A stretch of 64,000 nt of DNA, taken from assembly GCF_963921235.1 (NCBI RefSeq), contig NC_086108.1, forward strand, positions 32,118,001 through 32,182,000, in the 5' to 3' direction. Below, piece by piece: positions 14,294-26,654 of this stretch. The translations under genes and the position numbers were made by a program. Below the pieces are notes generated by a model. It was given only the letters and a program-made list of their open reading frames with translations, ran no database searches and was not told where the DNA came from. The stretch's first letter is position 1; each line of letters opens with the position of its first letter. Source of the DNA: Mobula hypostoma (taxonomy: Eukaryota).

Positions 14294-15723
14294 CAGTGCT
14301 GATAAAACGTATTCAACTCCTTGGAAGCTTTCATGTTTTATTGTTTTACAACATTTAATCACAGCGGATTTAATTTGGCTTTTTTGACACCGATCAATAG
14401 AAGAGAGTCTTTCATGTCAAAGTGAAAACAAACCCCTAAGTGATCTAAATTAATTACAAGATTGCATAAGTACTCACCCCTTTCAAGTCAGTATTTAGTA
14501 GATGCACCTTTGGCAGCAATTACAGTCTTGAATCTGTGTGGATAGGTCTCTATCAGCTTTGCATATCTGGTTACAATTTTTTCTCATTCTTCGTTACAAA
14601 ACTGTTCAGATTTTCAAGTCCAGCTACAAATTCTCAATTGGATTGAGGTCTGGACTCTGACTTGGCCACTCCAGGACATTAACTTTATTTGTTTAAGCTA
14701 TTCCTGTGTAGCTTTGACTTAATGCTTGGGGTCATTGTGTTGCTGGAAAGCAAACCTTCTCCCAAGTCGCTATTTTCTTGCAGACTGCATCAGGTTTTCC
14801 TCGGATTTCCCTGTATTTTGCTGCATTCATTTTACCCTCTACCTTTACAAGCCTACCAGGGCCTGCTGCAGTGAAACAACTCCACAGCATGATGCAGCCA
14901 CCACCATGCTCCAATGTATGGATGGTGTGTTTTGGATGGCATGTGGTGTTTGGGTTACACCAAATATAGCGTTTAGTCTGATGGCCAAAAATCTCAATTT
15001 TGTTTTCATCAAACCATAGAACCTTCTTCCAGCTGCCTTCAGAGTCTCCCACATGCCTTCTGGCAAACTCTAGCTGAGATTTCATTGGAATTTTTTTCAA
15101 CAGTGGATTTATCTTTGCCACTCTCCCACATAAAGCTGCATCTGGTCAAGCACCTGGGCAACAGTTGTTGTATGTACAGTCTCTCCCATCTCAGCCACTG
15201 AAGCTTGCAACTCCTCCAGAGTTGTCATAAGTCTCTTGGTGGCCTCCCTCTCTAGTCCTCTTCTTGCATGGTCATTCAGTTTTTGAGGATGGCCTGCTGT
15301 AAGCAGATTTACAGCTGTGCTATATTCTTTCCATTTCTTGATGATTGACTTAAAAGTACTCCGAGGAATACTCAGTGGCTTGGAAACTTTCTCGCATCCA
15401 CCTCCTGATTTGTGCATCACAAAAACCTTTTCGTGGAGATGCTCGGAGTGTTCTTGGTGTAGTTTTTGCCAGGATATTGACTCACCAGCAGTTGGACCTT
15501 CCAGATTCAGGTGTATTTTTACGACAATCAATTGAAAGACCTTGCCTGCGCACAGGTCTCCAAAAACAGATCTAATTATGTGACTTCTAAAACCAATTGA
15601 CTGCAACAGTGATGATTTGGTGTGTCATATTAAAGGGGGTGAATACTTATGCAATGATACAATGTTGTAAAGCAATAAAACATGAAAACTTCCAAGAAGG
15701 ATGAATACTTTTTAGAGGCACTG
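14294..15723 (-). mobile_element. Tc1/mariner (IR/DR, Sleeping Beauty-like) DNA transposon with decayed transposase
   Basis: TA|CAGTGC...GCACTG|TA ends; imperfect terminal inverted repeats of about 60 bp; transposase motifs WKKVLWFDENKIE, HGGGCIMLWSCF and WPSQSPDLNPIEN (~14630-14680). Confidence 0.92.
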
Positions 15724-16718
15724 TACGTAAACCAGACACTTGTAACTTGAGAGAACCTGTAATCCTTATCATGGCCTGAGGGATAGACTTCAGGAGTATT
15801 GTATGAGCTCAATCAATTGTGAATACTGTCACAAAATCATCTGGTTTTAAGTGTCATGCTGGTTGAGGTAGGACCCACAGATCTTGCTGTAAACTTGATG
15901 CAAAATAGTAAAACTTATAGAGGTACACTACATCATTAATTATAAGTCTCAAAGTATAGGGTAATCCCTTTCAAAAACAGAAGAACATAAGAAATAGAAA
16001 CAGGAGGTTGTCACTTATCTAAAATACTTTACTCGGCATTTGAAAGAGAATTCAACACAGAAGATGGTGATTCTATGAAGGTATGTCTTCTCACCTCACT
16101 TCTGCATGGCCAACCGCTTATTTTGAGAATTTGAAACCTGGCTCTAGACTCATCCGTCAAGGGAATCACCAACTCCCTCTGTATCTGCATTTCTCCTGTC
16201 AAGCCACATAAGAAATTTTTGATAATCACTAATTCATCTAGAGTCAAGAGGATATCACAGAATGGTTGGAGAACAGAAGAAATTTGGCCCATTATGTTCA
16301 CCCTGGCTTTCTACCAGACTGATCCCTGAACCTCCTTTAGAACTATTTATTCTTTATTGCTCCATCTCATTCTGCCCACTAAAATACATCAGCTCACATT
16401 TCTCCACATTTGCCAGATGTTTGCCCCTCCACCAGACCGTTTATATTCTGCTGCAATTGATCATTACTTTCTTCACACTGGCATATTTTGTATCATCAGT
16501 GAACTTAGAAATTGTGGCATTCACTACTAAATCTCAACTTTAACTTGAACTGAAAGATATCATGTGTTCTACAATGCCAATTCAAATTGAATAAATAACA
16601 TTTCAACTGCTTTTTATGCTTGTTAATTATAAGACGAATATTTTGAGACAATAGCAAATTTTTCTGTGCATTGTATATCAACACATAAAGATCAACATTT
16701 CCTTCATTGGTAAAGATC

Positions 16719-17035
16719 TTTTTTTTGGCATCCGTTAGTCTTGCGAGACCGACCATGGATCTGTGCCCGGAAAGTCTTCACTCTCCAGGGCGCAGGCCTG
16801 GGCAAGGTTGTATGGAAGACCAGCAGTTGCCCATGCTGCAAGTCTCCCCTCTCCACGACACCGATGTTGTCCAAGGGAAGGGCATTAGGACCTATACATC
16901 TTGGCACCAGCGTCGTCGCAGAACAATGTGTGATTAAGTGCCTTGCTCAAGGACACAACACGTTCCCTTGGCTGGGGCTCGAACTCATGACCTTCAGGTC
17001 ACTAGTCCAATGCCTTAACCACTTGGCCACGTGGC
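16719..17035 (-). mobile_element. tRNA-derived SINE with CORE-like middle and RTE-type 3' tail
   Basis: Minus strand: A-box TGGCCAAGTGG, B-box GTTCGAGCC, CORE-like TGTGTCCTTGAGCAAGGCACTTAA, oligo-A tail; TSD AAAGATC (16712-16718, 17036-17042). Confidence 0.85.
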
Positions 17036-18391
17036 AAAGATCAGTCTTTGTATTAACTATATATTAATATAGCCTTTATATTAACTATCTGGCACCTATT
17101 CATTACACTCCCTTTGACTAAAAATGGAATTCTGTCTTCCTCAAAGGAAAAAGCACTGTAACTTTAGTTCATTTAATCTCTTACTAATTATTCAGGTCAG
17201 CAATATTCAAACTGCTAATCACCATTTTTGGGAGAATTACTGAATCAGATGCAAATGCATTATGCTGTTTGATAAGATCACTATTACTACAAAGGGTAGA
17301 AACACTGTTTACTCCCCAGTAGGCTATTTGACGACATTAAATAACTCTTTGTCCAACAATAGACAAAGATAAAATGCACAATACTGGACTTTACAGTATT
17401 CAACACATCCAAGTTGGAAGGGGACAGAAGTTTTAAATTATAGATGACTGAAAACTCAGGATTACGACTGCAGGCTGAAAAATGTGCTCCGCAGTGCACT
17501 CACACAAACTACATATGAATAAACCAAAGTAATTACAAAGGCAGTGGGAATAGTTCCTTAGCTAAATGTCTGCAGCACTTGGATCAAAATAACAGGGAAA
17601 GCACATTACAGAAACAACTTGTAGTCAATAACATATTATTGGATCAATGAATACCTCAGACATGTTGGGATTCATATTGTTCCATGAGATTGCAAATTCC
17701 ATAAACTTCTCATTTCACAGCTCCAAATTACCTTTTGAAATTATTATAAAATTAGACTTTTAATTAATGGTGTGAAATTCTTGGGTTCGGAGATTACTAC
17801 CAAGCAACATTAAAAGTACATGACTCCATGTTGTGACATAAAATTTCTAATTATTACAGAATTATCTAAGCTTGTATCCAGTTCTACATCTGGTTCCAAA
17901 AGGGAAATTTTATTTCACTTTTGATCAGTTAAATTAAAAATTTTTGTTTGCAAAACTCTCTACTAATCAATTTGATTTTTTTACTTTAAATAACAGTAAA
18001 TTAACGTACAGATGAAATTCTTTGCATATCTTGCCTTCTTCACAGTTGCTTGCTAAATTCTAATCCATTGAATAATTTGCTTGATGATAGACTGGTGGTC
18101 ATTTTTCACTGACATTTTTATTTTCTCAGATATAAGAGTTAGCAATAAGCAACTCAAGTTTCACTCAATTTATATTGACTTGAGAGCTTCAAATGTCCTA
18201 CTGCTTTGTTGTCAACTTTATACTTTGAAACTCCTCCTAGTTATTCTTGCAGTATAAAAAAGCATGCACTGAGTATATGATAAAAACGTGTCTAAAGTCA
18301 GAAGTCTTAAATATTCATCAGCAGCATATATTTTACTATTCAGATTTGGTATAACTTGTCATAATCATTATTTCATGTCTTGAGATATAGT

Positions 18392-18502
18392 GCATGTAAA
18401 ATGGCTAGTAAGAATGTTTTGAGATATTGTATTAGAAAGGTTGAATCTTTCAACCTTACTAGCACAATATCTCAAGACATTATTACTAGCCACTGTACAT
18501 GC
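18392..18502. repeat. Long inverted repeat (54-bp arms, 3-nt loop)
   Basis: 18392-18445 versus the reverse complement of 18449-18502: 47/54 identical by manual comparison. Confidence 0.9.
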
Positions 18503-19270
18503 TTTATGGGCTAGTTTGATGTAAAAGTTGTTATGCTTTGTAATTCTTTTCTTCCTTTCACTTCAATCCTTTTAGCGTAAAGCAACTTTTCTGAACACCA
18601 TATGAAAATTCAAAGAAACAGAAAAGAGGACTTCTAAAAGGTTGCAGAAGCTGTTTCTGAACTTTTTCAAAATTCCATAAAATTGGGCATTGTCTTCAAG
18701 TACCTTTAAATACTGTGCATTTATCTTTACTGAACCCATATTTACCAAAGCAGTCTAACATTTATAAGGCACTCAGTGCATTGCAAATGGCTACACATCC
18801 TAAATCCTCTTATCATTAACAACTAGTTATCACTTTAGCAATGATAGGATGCCATTAGACTGCCATTTATCATACAACATATGGAAATGACATACCTTAA
18901 TTTGAAAGGTTTGACTTGGGGGGGGGGGGGGAGGGGCATTAAATCTGGTGACCAGATGCTCAACTTTACATCCAAGATATTCCCACCCCACAATCTTTAC
19001 TGTCCCAAAAGTTCATTGCTACACAAGCAATGTAAATTAGTTGGGCACTGGCTATTAACATGATGTGATATGGAGAGACAGAGAGAGTAGGATTACACTG
19101 TTGGTCATTTTTGCTGAAAATGCTGAAAAAAAACCCTTCAATCTTGACTTTATTATTCATCCATGGTAATCCATTATGGTTAATGACAAGGAGTTGCCTC
19201 ACTATCATTGTTTACATGTTATAAGCTCCAGAACTTTATTCTAATTCAATAATTATGAAAGCACTTAATT

Positions 19271-22200
19271 TTTTTTGTAATTTATTTTTTTTTTGAATTT
19301 CATCATCAAACATTTCCATAAGATGTATTTCAGATACTGTACATATATATCATATAATCATACTTGTCACAAATCTCCACATAGTTTTTAACTGAGGTAT
19401 ACATTTATAGAAAGGAGAGGAAAGAAAGAACAGTTGAAAGAAGAAAACTGTACAGAGTAGGGAGTGATTTTTTTTACAACATATTCATTGACTTGTGAGA
19501 ATAAAATCAGGCCTATGAGGTGTTATGTAGTGAAACCATTTTTTCCCAGTATGAATAAAATTGTTCCAACTTATGACTAACAGATGCTGTTATCTTCTCC
19601 ATTTTGTAAATGTCCATTGTAATTTCCATCCATACATTTAAAGTTGGGCTCTCCTGAGATAACCATTTCCTGGTAAGGGTCTTTTTACCAGCCACCAGCA
19701 GTACATTCATTAAATATTTATCTCTTTTCAACCATTCTTGAGGTATATACCCAAAATATATGGTCTTACTCTCTAAGGGTATTTCACACTTAAAGATGTC
19801 TTGCAGGGCATTATGTATCCCACTCCAAAGTCTTTGATAACGGGGCATTCCCAGAAAATATGATAATGGTTTGCATTTTGATTTCCACAATTTCTCCAGC
19901 AAGCAGGAGAGTTACTATTATAATGGGATTTCTGAGAGGGTGTAATAAAATACCTTATCAAGTTTTTCCACCCGAACTCCCTCCATTTCTGTGAACTGGT
20001 ACACTTCCATTGATACCTCCATATTATTGTCCAGTCTTCCTCAGATATTATTATCCCTCCTTCCTTCTCCATTTTGTTTTAATGTATGAAGTCCAATGTG
20101 TTTTAAGATTTGACAAACCCTTATAAATGCTTGAAATTATTCTACTACCGTTGTCTGAATTATACGCTTTTCTAAATAGCTTTATCAGATATGTACTTGC
20201 CTTGGTTACATTTTTAACTGTCCTATTAACATACTGTCTCATCTGTAAATACTGGTAAAAGTCTTGTTTTTCTAATAAGTGTTTCTCTTTGACCATTTCA
20301 AAACTGAATAGTGTTCCTTCTTTCATTATATTGCAAATAGCTGTTATTCTTTTAGCTGTCCAGTCCTTAAATCGAGCACCCAGTTTATTTGGCGTAAAAT
20401 CCGAGTCATATGCACACCATTTAAGAATTGCAATGTCTCTCTCTAGCTTATATTCTTTTATAATAGTTTTCCATATTTTAAGAGTCCACTTCACCCACGG
20501 ATTGTCAATATTATTTATGTAACTTTGTAGGTTGTTATCAACCAAAATTGCCTGTATGGGGATGGAAAGTATCCTCTCCTCAATGTTTTTTCATTGAGTG
20601 TCATATGATGGGTTGCACCAGCATATCACGGCTTTCAACTGTGCTGCAAAATAATAATCTCTAAGAGAAGGTAGGCCACATTCCCCCCTTTTCCTTGGCT
20701 AATTGCAAAGTTTTGAGACGAACCCTAGGCCTTTTACCTTGCCATATATATCTTGATAGCATCTTGTTCCATTCATTGAATTGATTTTGGTTAATCTCTA
20801 TTGGTAGGGTCTGTAAGAGATACAGTAGTCTGGGCAGTATATTCATTTTAATAGATTCAATCCTTGAACTGAGACCAAGAAAAGGAATTAGGATCCATCT
20901 TCTTACATATCTTCCTTAATTTTTTTATATATAGGCTGATAATTGTATTCTGATAATTTTGCCAAATCTTTTGGCATAATGATGCCCAAATACCTGACGG
21001 ATTCTGTTTGCCATGCCAAAGGATTATCTACTTTCAATTTCTCTTGGTGGGCTATAGTTATATGAAAGTAGTGGGTTTTTATCTATGTTGATCTTGTATC
21101 CTGATAATTGGACATATTGTTCAAAGGATTGCATCAATTTAGGTAAAAAGTATGTTGGCTGCCCTAGAGAGATCAAAATGTCATCCACGTAACAGGCCAA
21201 TTTATGCTCTGTCCCTTTAATAGTAATTCCCCTGATATCTTCATTTTGTCTGATGTGTTGAGCTAATGGTTCCAGATATAATGCGAAGAGTAGTGGTGAC
21301 CATGCACAACCCTGTCTCGTGCCCCTTTCTAGGGTAAAACTATTAAGACAAATATCCATTGATTCTAACCCTGGCAGTAGGATTGTCATATAGTGCTTGT
21401 AGTTTTAATAATTGTGTCATGTAGACCAAATCTATGTAAAACTCTGTAAAGAAAATTCCAATTAACTGAATCAAATGCCTTTTCAGTGTCCACGCTTATC
21501 ACTATTGCTTCAATTTCATTTTTTTATATGATCCATAATGTGAAGTGTCCTTCGTATATTGTCTTGTGTTTGGCGTTGTTGTATAAAACCTGTCTGATCA
21601 TTATGTATCAGTGTGAGTAGAAACTCTTCTAATCGTTTCGCCGCGATTGAGGTAAATATTCTATAATCCACATTAAGAACAGATATTGGTCTAAATGACC
21701 CACATTCCATTTTCTCCTTGCCTTCTTTCAGTATAGCTGAGATTATCGCCTCCTTCCAGCTGGGTGGCATTTGTGCCTTAATTAGGGTCCAGTTCAGTGT
21801 GGGGAGTAAAACAGAAATCAACTCACTTCTAAACTCTTTATACCACTCTGCTGTATATCCATCTGATCCTGGTGATTTGCTTAATTTAAGCCTACTAATT
21901 GCAGTTTTTAGTTCAGCTTCAGTTATGTCAGCAGTCATCATTCTATTTTGTTCTTTGCTTAAAGTGGGTAACTCTAAAGAATTCAGGAAGGTGGCAATTT
22001 GGGTCATGCTTCCCCCTGGAACTTTGGAATATAGAGTTTTGTAAAACATTTCAAGAGCTTCTTGAATTTCACTTAGCTTATTTTTTTATCACTTTTGTTC
22101 TCGGATCCTTTATTCTATGAATTGTATTTTCTGCTTCTTTTTTCAGTTTCCACGCCAGTATTTTCATAAATTTAGATCCACTTTCATAGTGTCTCTGTTT

Positions 22201-24734
22201 CAGAAACATTAATTTTTTTTCTAATTTCTTGTGTAGCCGAACTATTAATTTCATTCCTAATTTTTTTAATTTCCTCTAGTGTATCCTGTGCCAAACTCAA
22301 TGTGTTTTTTTTTCTAGTTCCTTCAGCTTATTTTGTAATTCCTCTAATGTTCTATTCCTTATTTTTCTCTTATATGAAGATATCATTATAATATTCCCTC
22401 TTAAGACAACAGCCTTCAGAGTATCCCATAGAAAGAGAGGTGAAACCTCTCCATTATCATTGAATTCTAAGTAAAGACCAATTTCTCTTTTAATTTGTTC
22501 CTTAAAATAGGGATCGTTGAGTAGATTTGAATTTAGTTTCCAAACAGTATTCTTTGGTTGTAGGTCAAAATCAACAGATAAATATATAGGTACATGGTCA
22601 CTTACATCTATCGTCCCAATCCCACAGGTGATTATTTTGTCTCTATCTTTTCCAAATGTTATGAAATAGTCTATTCTTGTACATATGGAATGGGGGGGCA
22701 GAATAATGAGTGTAATCCCTTCTGTCAGGGGAAAGGTCCGTCCATATATCAATTAGACCAACATCTTCAAAAAGAGTGTTAACTTTCTTATGTAAGGACT
22801 TTGTTTCATAAGTTTTTCTATTGGAAGAGTCTAACTTTAGTTGTAATGGTAAATTTAAGTCTCCCCCACATAACAAGAGACCTTCTGTTTCCATTACCAT
22901 AATATTAGTAATTTTTTGGAAGAAACTAATATCACTTTCTGGGGGTGCATATATATTCAATAAACTAACTGGATTTCCATCTATATTCCCCCTTACCAGA
23001 ATATATATCTGCCCTCCTTATCTCCCATTTCGAGTATTTTTTCAAAATTTAGCTTACTTGAAATGAGAATAGCAACTCCTCGTCTATGTCCTGATTTACA
23101 TGAGGAGAAAAACAAATTAGTGAAGCCCATTCTCTTTAATTTTCCATGCTCATTATCACTTAAGTGAGTTTCCTGTAAATATACTACATGGGCTTGTTCT
23201 TTTCTCATTTTTGATAGAACTTTACTGCGCTTGACTGGATTCAACAGCCCATTGACATTAAAAGAAATAAATTTTACTTTGTCCTTAGCCATGTGTATTT
23301 ATCTGTTAGTATATCATTGAAATTTGCAGAATTTAACTTATTCGATCTACTCCCTGAACAAGTAAGAGCAAATAATTTAAAAAAGGTAACGAAGGTGTGG
23401 TTCCAAGGCTGGGGTTTCTAGATGACCCTGGGTTGAGCTAGAAGAAAAGTCTAGCTGTGGGGGATAGCCCCTCCTACCTGTGTGTTGAGGGCTCCCGCTG
23501 CAGTACCTATAAAAGTAAGTAAAAAAAATCGATGTCCATTACACAGAAATGATTTCCCTGAGTATTCCTCCCATGTATATATTCTCATTTAGGTGGGGAA
23601 AAAGGAATGAATAAATGAATTTTTAAAAATTGAGTAAAATCCACATTATAATACGTATTTCTCGAGATAGGTATATCACCGTCTATTTTTGCTTCTGTTT
23701 AGCTTATCAGCACTTTAAAAGTTAGCCAAACCAAGGGACAACTGCTCAGCCAGACTTTCCCTTGGTTTGACCACGCTAATGGACAGTCCTCTGTTGTTCA
23801 TGTCTGTAGTCGCCTCCTCCACTGTCTGGTACAGTTGCATCCCTTCTTGGTAAAATACTCTCAGTTTAGCAGGGTACAAAGTTTGGAATGTAATCTTTTC
23901 TTGCCTTTTCGTTTCGCTTCAGAATATTCCTTCCGTTTCTGTCGGACCACCGGGGGGTAATCATGATCGAAGTATATTAACTTCCCGTTGCAAAAAACCC
24001 TCTTCTTACCCCAGGCCCTTCGTAGGATCTCCGCCTTGCTCTTGAATCAAAGAAATTTAAGTACTATTGAGCGCGGTTTACTTTCTCTGTCTCCGGAGGC
24101 CCGCTGGACGAGCGAATGATGTGCCCTCTGAATTTCAATCTCCATAGACTGGGGAATCTCCAGCACTTCCCGCAGCAGCTTGTCTAGAAAGTCCATCATC
24201 GACAATCCCTCCGCTCCTTCGGGAACATTATAAATTCTGATATTTTTCCATCGCGATCTTCCCTCCTGGTCAAGCAATTTATTTTCCTGTTGATTTAAAA
24301 TTTTTATCGCCTTACTTCGTATCTGTTCCACATTTTGCACGCGATCTTCCATCTTCTCAATTCGAGTCTCTGCCACCGCTATTTTCTGATTGACGTTTGC
24401 GAGCTCTGACTTTATATCATCGAATTGCTGCTTTATATCTTTTTGGACTTCCCTTATCTCTTCCAAAATCCTTATCATATTTGCCGCTTCGCCTGCACGA
24501 GGTCCCGTGTCAGCCTCGCCGCCACGCGCACGTGTAGGAGAGCCATGCGCTGTACCTCTCTCTTCCATAGGCTTCGCAGTGATGCTTTTTTTAAGATCTC
24601 CATTCTTTCTCCTCATTCTTGCCCTCTTATCAATTCAGATATTTTCCAAAGATCTTAACGGGGCAAAGTATGCATTTTTCCGGAGGAGCTGTTGATTTAA
24701 GCTGCCAATCTGAACAATGATGTCACCGGAACCA
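19271..24734 (-). mobile_element. Full-length L1/Tx1-clade LINE (ORF1 ~24616-23700, ORF2 ~23292-19513, both disrupted)
   Basis: ORF1 coiled coil plus EGRSRWKNIRIYNVPEGAE; ORF2 APE (ISFNVNGL, YLQETHL, GGDLN, SDH), RT ([15 protein letters not shown]), C-terminal CWRNC..H..WEC; AATAAA and A-rich tail; 13-bp TSD AAAGCACTTAATT (19258-19270, 24735-24747). Confidence 0.95.
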
Positions 24735-25879
24735 AAAGCACTTAATTCTATCTATGACTTTCTGTGTGTAGTAAGCATTTATGTGCATGATCTTCACTCA
24801 CTGATTGTGAAGTATCCTTGGTACTGCTATTACCGTGCACTTTTACGTTCCCTAAGGAACCAGTGTGATTCTCCTGACTTCATTCTGGTTGAGTGTTAAG
24901 AGATGTACTAGATTATGAGGCAGCAGGTTGTGGTAGCTTGCAGTTCTATTGTTAATGATGAATCACAGAGTACCAAGCTCTGTGTGGCTGTACTGATCAT
25001 TCATTGATACCTTTATTACAGCAGTACCACCATACCAAACATGAAAGATTTTATGCTTATTTTTCATTAATAACAAGATTTCACTTTTTTCCTACCATGC
25101 TAGAATTGAACTGATATCCTCTGACTTTCTACTATCATGTTACCATAATTATGAGTGCTTTGTAGTAAAGTGCAAAACTTGAAACTGGCTGATCTTCTGA
25201 AGTAGGAAGCCAGCTTGACAACTTTTAAATATTAAAGAATTTCACTGTTCTTTAAAATTACTTTTCCCGAAATGTTCAATTCCCCAGATATTCCTTCTTC
25301 CAATCTGATTTCCCTCTCAATCTCTGCACTGCAGTTTCTTCATTTAATTAAATAGCAAGCCCAAGATGTCAGGTCTTCTACTTCTTTGGGTTCCTAGTAG
25401 GTATGTCTATAAGTGTAATGGATATGAACAAAACATGCAGGTCAGAACATCAATCCACATGCAACATCAGTTTGGTGCAAATGATACCTCTTAAACTTGC
25501 ACAGCCAAGCACACATTAAATATTAGAAAGGATCCGATCATAATATCTAAAGGGATCATCAACTACTTTAGGTTAAGAGGCCAATGATTTTTTTTTTGTC
25601 ATTGCTGCTGCTACAAACCCGCAATTTTTTGCTGCATTTCATAATTGTTTCAAAAGTTAAAAGTAGGAGATGGCAGTTATTGAAGGAGGTTTTACTTGCT
25701 TCAAAGTGACAACAGAACCCAGATTCAAGTACATCAGTGGGTTTTCCAAGAATGAGTCCACGCAGAACAGAACAAGCTGTGAAAAACTGAGGTGCAGGAG
25801 ATAGAGAAGAACACTCAGCAGGAGGTTAGTTCAGCTTCGGAACAATTACCCTGTCTGTGCCTTGGTAAAGAGCAAAATG

Positions 25880-26520
25880 TATGAGAACACAGAACAGTAC
25901 AGCAAAGGAAATGCCCATTGGCCCATGATGTCTGTGGCAACCATGATATCAATCAAAACTAGTCGCATCTACCTGTACATGTCCAGTGTCCCTCCATTTG
26001 CTGCTGTTCATGTGCCTGTCTAAATTCCCATTAAATGTTGGCATTGTATCTGCTTCCACCACTTCCTCTGGCAACACATTCCAGATACCAACTGCTCTTG
26101 AGTAAAAAAAACTTGCCTTGCAAATCTCCTTTAAACCTCCTTCCTTTCTCACTTTAAATCTAATATTTGACATTTTCTTCCGGTGTAAAACAAAACTGAC
26201 CACCTATCCTGTCTATGCTTCTCATAACTTACATACTTCAATCAAGTCACCCCTCAGCTAGCAACATTCCTGAGAAAACAAAGTTCTTCTTTAATACTTC
26301 GTCCTGACAAAGGGTCTCGGCCTGAAACGTCGACTGCACCTCTTCCTACAGATGCTGCTTGGCCTGCTGCATTCACCAGCAACTTTGATGTGTGTTGCTT
26401 GAATTTCCAGCATCTGCAGAATTCCTGTTGTTTGCGTCTTCTTTAATACTGACAACTTCTCAAGTGAAGCTCTTTTACATCCTTTCCAAAGCCTCCACAT
26501 CCTTACTATAATGTAGTGAC
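25880..26520 (-). mobile_element. CR1 LINE 3' fragment (hosts the ribozyme-bearing insert at 26299-26436)
   Basis: ORF 25949..26203 (RAVGIWNVLPEEVVEA); CR1-type tail agaacacagaacagtacagc. Confidence 0.75.
26299..26436 (+). mobile_element. Short non-autonomous Penelope-derived element (hammerhead module plus 3' tail)
   Basis: Nearly identical to the 3' end of the PLE at 31972-32105; gtcCTGACAAagggtctcggcctGAAAcgtcgactg; perfect 14-bp TSD TCTTCTTTAATACT (26285-26298, 26437-26450). Confidence 0.88.
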
Positions 26521-26654
26521 CAGATATACATACAGTGCAGCATCAGGTTAGAATAAGGTTCCATTTCTGAAAGTTGCTTATACCTGTACTGTTCATAAAT
26601 CGGAAATGAATGCAAACCCCGTGGGAGAGAAGACGAGAGGACCACAAAAACAGC

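Noticed and set aside
16960..17035. tRNA gene
   Set aside because: The A/B boxes belong to the SINE head; it continues into CORE-like and tail sequence and has a TSD.
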